A DNA stretch of 64,000 bases. Source: the human T2T-CHM13v2.0 reference genome, Homo sapiens. A model generated the notes under the pieces. That model saw nothing but the letters and a program-made list of their open reading frames with translations. It ran no database searches and was not told the DNA's origin. Made by a program: the position numbers and the translations under genes. Positions 57,770-64,000 of this stretch are shown here, one piece after another. The first letter of the stretch is position 1. Each line of letters begins with the position of its first letter. The DNA is taken from NCBI RefSeq assembly GCF_009914755.1, contig NC_060941.1; one strand, given 5' to 3'.

Positions 57770-60080
57770 TTATTGGTAAAGTTTCTTATTTTAATTAGTA
57801 TAAAATAGATTCAGCAAATTGCACAAATCACAGATGTGCAGTTTAATGAAATTTCACAAGATAAGATTGTGTAACCAAGACCCATATCAAAATATCAAGC
57901 ATACCAGCACCCCAGAAATTTCCTGACTCCATCCCTACACTTAACTTTCTCCCAGAATGAATCACCATTTTAACTGGTAGCTCATGTTTTAGTTTTGTTT
58001 TCTTTTTTAATCTCATGCATGTAGAATCTTTTGCATCAGGCATCTTTTCTCAACATTATGTTTCTGTAATTTACTTATTTTATCTTTATCATAGACTTTG
58101 TATTTCCATTGTTGTATAATATTCCATTATATGAAAATAATTACATTATATATTATTGACATTGAGTTATTTCTTATTTTTCAATCTTCTATTTCCATAT
58201 TGAGATATTATTTTATATTTAGTATATTGTCAGTAATTATATATTCTTCATGTTTTCTTTGTGAGTAATCAAATATTTCTTATATTTTTCCTATTAGCCA
58301 GTCACACATTATTTTGCTATTCAATTAGCATCTTTCAGTGTAGAACATGCATTCATAACTATGAATCAGTGCTCTTACCACTTGGTGAACAATGTAAGAT
58401 CTTTACAAAACTGACTTCATTGGCTTTTATGCCACTTTCAAGATATGTTTTTATTATACATATATTTTAATCCCCATATGGCAATATTGTTATTTAAAAT
58501 CAATATTTTAGATTCATCTATACAATACCATTCTTTTGCTCTTTAGTTCCTAATTTTAGAGCTTCCAGCTTGGATCATACTTCTTGTTTAAAAAGTACTC
58601 CTCATATTTAATTTTATGTTCATCTAATGGTGACAAATTGTCTTAATATTTGTTTTTCTGAAAATATCTTTATTCCACCTGCATTTTAAGAAAATGTTGC
58701 TCAATACAGGATAACGGGTCAACATTTTTGTGGGGACAGGCACATCATGTTCTCATTAAGTGAGAACATTGTGGCTGCCATATTTTCTGTCAAAAAGTCA
58801 TATATTTTCTGTCAAAACATGGCTGCTATATTTTCTGTCAAAAAGTCAAATAGCAAACATTATTTTTCCTTTGAGAAAAGTTTGTCCTTTGTTCTAGGTG
58901 CTTTTAAAAGTTTGTCTTTCTTTTCAGCAGTTTTCTTTTGCTATGACTGTATATGATTTCGTTGTTATTCTGTTGTTTGCTAAAGTTTGAATCTTTGGGT
59001 TGATATATTGCTCTGACCTATTCTTTTTAATTCGTAATTCTAAGAATCAAACTACATGTATTTTAGGCTGTTCTAGAATGTTCTATGTATATTTTCTGTA
59101 TTTTCTCTGAGTTTTAGTCTGATATTTTACCTATCTTCTAGCAGACTCATCCTTTCTTCTCTTCTGTCTAACCTACTACAGTTAGTTGAGTGCTTAATTT
59201 TAATTACAGTATATGTTTTCAGCTTTGGAATTTTCATTTCTAGCTTTCTGAATATGTTAATATCGTTACCTTAAATACTCTATCTGAAGACTCCAACGCC
59301 TAGATCACCTCAGAATCTGCCTCTATTTTCTGTGTTTCTTGTCCTATTTTACAGGATGCCTCAAGATTTTAATTGGATGTCAGCTATTGTGTGTGAACAA
59401 TTATGGAGAATTTTGGATAATACTTTATTTCTGCAGAAAGTATTAACTTTGTCATGGCAGACTAAGTTTTAGCATCTGTAATAGTGTGTCTGTTTCTAGG
59501 AGTGCCTATCCTCCTGATTCGTAGACCTCAAGGGGTCTCAACTAAAAGCCTGACCTAACCCCCAATTATTATCTCACAGCATCATGCATCCGCTAGCAGC
59601 TGCACTGCTATTTGGCCTGGAACTGCTCCCGTATGCCTGCTGTCCCACTGCCCACCTTTGGCATTAGCAACTGTCTATGCGTAATATTAATGCAGAATGT
59701 GAGACTCATATCTTAGGGTCCCTTTCTCCGGGATCTCGGCACCTCAAGCCCTTGCTGCCTTGGTAGCCCTGACCTCCAGTCTTTGTATTTGTAATACTGC
59801 TGAAATACAATTACGATGCTGCTATTGTAATGCTGTTCAAGATTCTGAGTCACCCCTTTTATTTTGCCACTTAGCCCCTTGACTGCTTACGGATGAGGCT
59901 GTATAGAAAAGTGGCAGAGCCTAGCTGACTCACCCTAGTGTACCTTCTTTCAGCATCTTGGATCTTCAAAGCAATCTTTCTGCATGGATTGCTTCCCGAA
60001 GCTTTCTAATAGCTTATGAAAAAGTTTTTTTCTAGCTTTTGTAGTTGTTCTCAGTGGAAGGATTTGATTGTTATAAATAT
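57770..60080 (-). mobile_element. Degraded L1ME-type fragments
   Basis: 3' end GTGCAGTTTAATGAAATTTCACAA...GTGTAACCA; T-rich body; GC-richer 5'-like part after 59460. Confidence 0.65.
58766..58850. repeat. Complex local triplication
   Basis: ATATTTTCTGTCAAAA x3, TGGCTGC x2, AAAAAGTCA x2. Confidence 0.85.
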
Positions 60081-60434
60081 TCTTATCTTACCAGACTTTG
60101 ATCCATGAGTAAGATTAATTTTGATCTATCAGAATATACTTACGCTCTCAGGGCAGTACCTGTTACACGGACAGCTGAGATGTGTGGGTGAGTAGTAAGT
60201 AAGAAGCATAACATTGAGTCAAGTCAAAGAAAGAGCACAAGTTTATTGAAATATGTAAGAATGTTGAATCCCAAATATTTAAAAGGGAGCTACTGTATGA
60301 ATTCAGTTTACTCAAAGATGGCATAGTGCTCAAGGAAAACGATGTGAGGTGAGAAAAACATGGTCTCATGGTGTTAGAGACCATGAGAAATTTCAGTGTG
60401 GTAGCATCACTTGATTTACAGATATTTACAGATA

Positions 60435-60650
60435 TTAGATCTGTAGATCTTATTCATCCTACATAACTGAAATTTTGTTTGCTTCGACCAACATCTCTCC
60501 ATTTTCCCCACTCCCCCAGCAACCACCATTTCGTAATCTACTTTTATGAGTTCAACTTTTCTAGATTCCACATATACATGAGATCATGCAGTATTTCTCT
60601 GTGTCCAGCTTGTGTCACTTAGCTTAATGTCTTTCAGGTTCATCCATGTT
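60435..60650 (-). mobile_element. L1MA/L1MB 3'UTR fragment
   Basis: TTATTCATCCTACATAACTGAAA; TAGATTCCACATATACATGAGATCATGCAGTATTT. Confidence 0.8.
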
Positions 60651-60954
60651 AGTAGCCGGAGTATTCTTATGTTTCTTAGAGTAGATTAATTTCAGCGTGC
60701 TTATTGATCTGAGCTTTTTGGTCCCTTCTTCAATAAGTTGCTAAGGCATTTCTGGAGTCTATATCATTTAACATCAGCCATTTATTTTTTCCCCTAATTC
60801 TTCAATGACCATTCTATCCATTAAGACCAAGTACACCAGCTCCAGAAGCTCTTGCCAATTAGTCGAATCCTGAATCTTGAGAATACATCCTATCAGCCAA
60901 CCTCTCCCTAATCAGTTTTATAGTCTGTCTGCCTTCCTCTGCAGAGCACACTCA

Positions 60955-61287
<333 letters not shown>

Positions 61288-61289
61288 CT

Positions 61290-61900
61290 AGTAGTGCCTA
61301 TTAAAGACCCTGCAGCTCCACCTTTATACTATTCTCCTTGCAAAGCAGAACTCATGCTTCCCAGTTGGTCCATGCCAACAGTGGATCTTATTATAGGTCC
61401 ATTGCCATGAAAGAGGCAGAGTGGGCAGACCTTGAGGATAATAAGTGTTGTCTTTCAAGGCATGAGCTCTCCACTTCAACTTCATGCAAGTGGATAGTTG
61501 CTGTCTTCTAGTAAGAAGCAATGAGATAACAGCCCATGCAGACCATGAGGTTCAGAGATCTGCATGGACTGATGATGCATGTACCTGTATGCAGCCACCT
61601 GGATAGCCCTTTCCCAAATTTCAGAGTCTTGTTTCTTACCTTCAGGGCTCTGGCTTTGATGCACTAGATTTCACTGGACTCTGGCTAAAGTCTTCTGAAA
61701 GTTCTTTTTCTCTTACGTGTAAGTCCTTGACCTGGTCTTCAGCTTAGACTCCTCCTTAGTTGCAGAAACCAGGGCCTCATTAAATACTGACATGAAGGCC
61801 TTTTGATTTTCACATCATGCCATAAATTGGTAATTAGTTGACCTGAACCTGACATTTTTCTCTTTTCAATACATTGATAGGATTTAGCAACATCTAACAA
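61290..61900 (-). mobile_element. Possible ERVL/MaLR internal-region fragment
   Basis: Resemblance by recall to MLT1-int sequence; no LTR boundaries identified. Confidence 0.35.
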
Positions 61901-61974
61901 ATTTCACAGTTCTTTTAATTAGTTACTCCTACCTCCATACCTCCTAAATGATCAAAATATTGCACAAGCCAGTG

Positions 61975-62888
61975 AAATAAACTCATTACATGTAAACATA
62001 AATCACATTTTCATTAGAAAACTATATTTTCTAGTAAAAAAGTATGAAAAGAGAGGCACTGATTTATGTTTTTTTTTTTTGCAAATATCTTTAATGTCTA
62101 ACTTAATTGAAAATCTGTATTCTTATACCAGCTTCTGTAGTCAATCTGTTGTGAAACATTTTGGTAGAAATATATGAAGAAAATTACTCTGATATAGTAT
62201 TGGAAAGGAAAGAATAATTTTAATAGCCCTTTGAGAAAGCTGTGATATTTTTTGATACCACACCAATACTGAACAAGGAGAAAATTCTTAAAGATTATTT
62301 GCAATGTAAAGTCTGAAACTCTATTTATGAATGTTTTCTCTGGTATATTAGAATCCTGTAGCCTATCCTGCACTTGGAATATGTCTTTTACTCTTGCATA
62401 ATTGAATAACATCATGCGTTGATCATTTGAAAAATATTGTTTCACTGAGTTATGCAGATCTTTCAATATTAACATATTTCATTTCATAATATAAAACATT
62501 CTATTTGCTATTGTCATCAAATCAACAAGCATTCTAACTATCATGAAGCTTCAAGCTCACAGTAACTAATATAAAGTTTTCAAAACTCCAATTTTCTTAT
62601 GAAAGCACAGATTTTGTCACTGGAAGCAAATAATGTCAGTTGAATTCCTTGAACTGACAAGCTCACTTTGTAAGAAAATTTCTGCCAAATACCCATCTGA
62701 ATAACCATAGTTACCATAGGATTTTTTTTTTCAGTTTAAAAAAAAAAAAGTGTTCTCTGAAGAAAGGAGCTTGTTCAGCTTTCCACTCAAACAACTGCAT
62801 AACAATACAACCGCCATACTTCAGTAGGTAGCATACTAGCTTATGAATGTATCCCATTCCATTCCAATAATTTAAAATGTGTATACTG
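61975..62888 (-). mobile_element. Charlie1-family hAT transposon fossil (transposase C-terminal region)
   Basis: ORF 62098-62475 (DLHNSVKQYFSNDQ..VQDR..SDFTLQ..YWC) resembles a decayed Charlie/Buster transposase dimerisation region. Confidence 0.8.
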
Positions 62889-63212
<324 letters not shown>

Positions 63213-64000
63213 TCATGACCATCACTCAGATTCACTGCAGATGACATCAGGGGACTCAGTAGAGAAGAAAGACATGAGCCCATTGCTGAAATGGTGGAGA
63301 GAGATGAGCATGTGTCCTGGAGCATGGCTCTTTATAATAATCAAGTAAATGGTTAAAGGATCTTTTAGTGGACACTATGTATTTAACAAGAGGAAAGATG
63401 ATTGGGTTAGGAAAGTTGAGCAGTTATTTAGAAATGAGCACACGAGCTGGGGAGACCTCTCCAGAGAAGGCAGTGGAGAATCAAAGAATAGAGGGTTGTA
63501 CAGGAGATGCTTTTTGGGAATGGCTGTTTCAGGTATCAATTAAAGTGGAAAGGTAGGGTTGTTTTTGTAAAAAAGATCCAAGACAATGGAGGATTTGCCC
63601 ACATTAGAACAGGATGCAAACTACAGGACGGCAGAATGTTACAGAAACGAAAAATGTGTTTCAGAGTGATTGGAGTTAGCATTCTGGACGTATTTCTTAC
63701 AGAGTTGACTAGCACTATTCATTTTCCACCCTCCAACAGTTGCTGAATGATTTTGTTTTAAGAAAAAATAAACAAAAAGTACTTAGCCTCAAGGAAAATA
63801 ACTTAGGGATTTTCTGCATCTTGAAATGCATGCTTGTTTGGAACAAACAGCCGATAAACCAATTCTCTTAATTATACACAAACTGCCTCACAATTATGTA
63901 CTAACCGAATCCTGAGTGGACTTGGTAGACACTTGCTGCTTATGAAAGAAACACTACGCAGAGGCACCGCTCCTCACTTTTCTTAAAGAAAAAAAATGCA

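Noticed and set aside
62098-62475. 125-aa transposase-like ORF as a domesticated gene
   Set aside because: Short fragment with frame drift inside a degraded Charlie fossil; no intact catalytic region or gene structure.

Overview
Primate (very likely human) AT-rich, repeat-dense non-coding DNA, either intronic or intergenic. I find no credible protein-coding gene, tRNA, rRNA or CpG island. The ORF track is explained by Alu, L1, MaLR/ERV and Charlie remnants or by chance. A large fraction of the window is interspersed repeat: 17 Alu elements, L1 fragments of several ages, MaLR/ERV LTRs (including one nested pair), hAT DNA-transposon fossils, and MIR/L2. Subfamily names come from recall of consensus sequences and need RepeatMasker/Dfam confirmation. 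The most unusual structure is two long inverted duplications of local sequence. One pairs 48467-48635 with 50877-51045 (169 bp, ~91% identical); its upstream copy sits inside a MER20 with 3-bp microhomologies at both junctions. The other pairs 27643-27748 with 28553-28662 (~85% identical). Both look like template-switch insertions of the same polarity. Other items of note are a tail-less, 3'-truncated Alu that still has a target-site duplication (TSD), a near-perfect AluYc1-type insertion inside an L1, several short tandem or complex duplications, a candidate minus-strand exon and candidate enhancer motif clusters. The host locus cannot be identified from the sequence alone.
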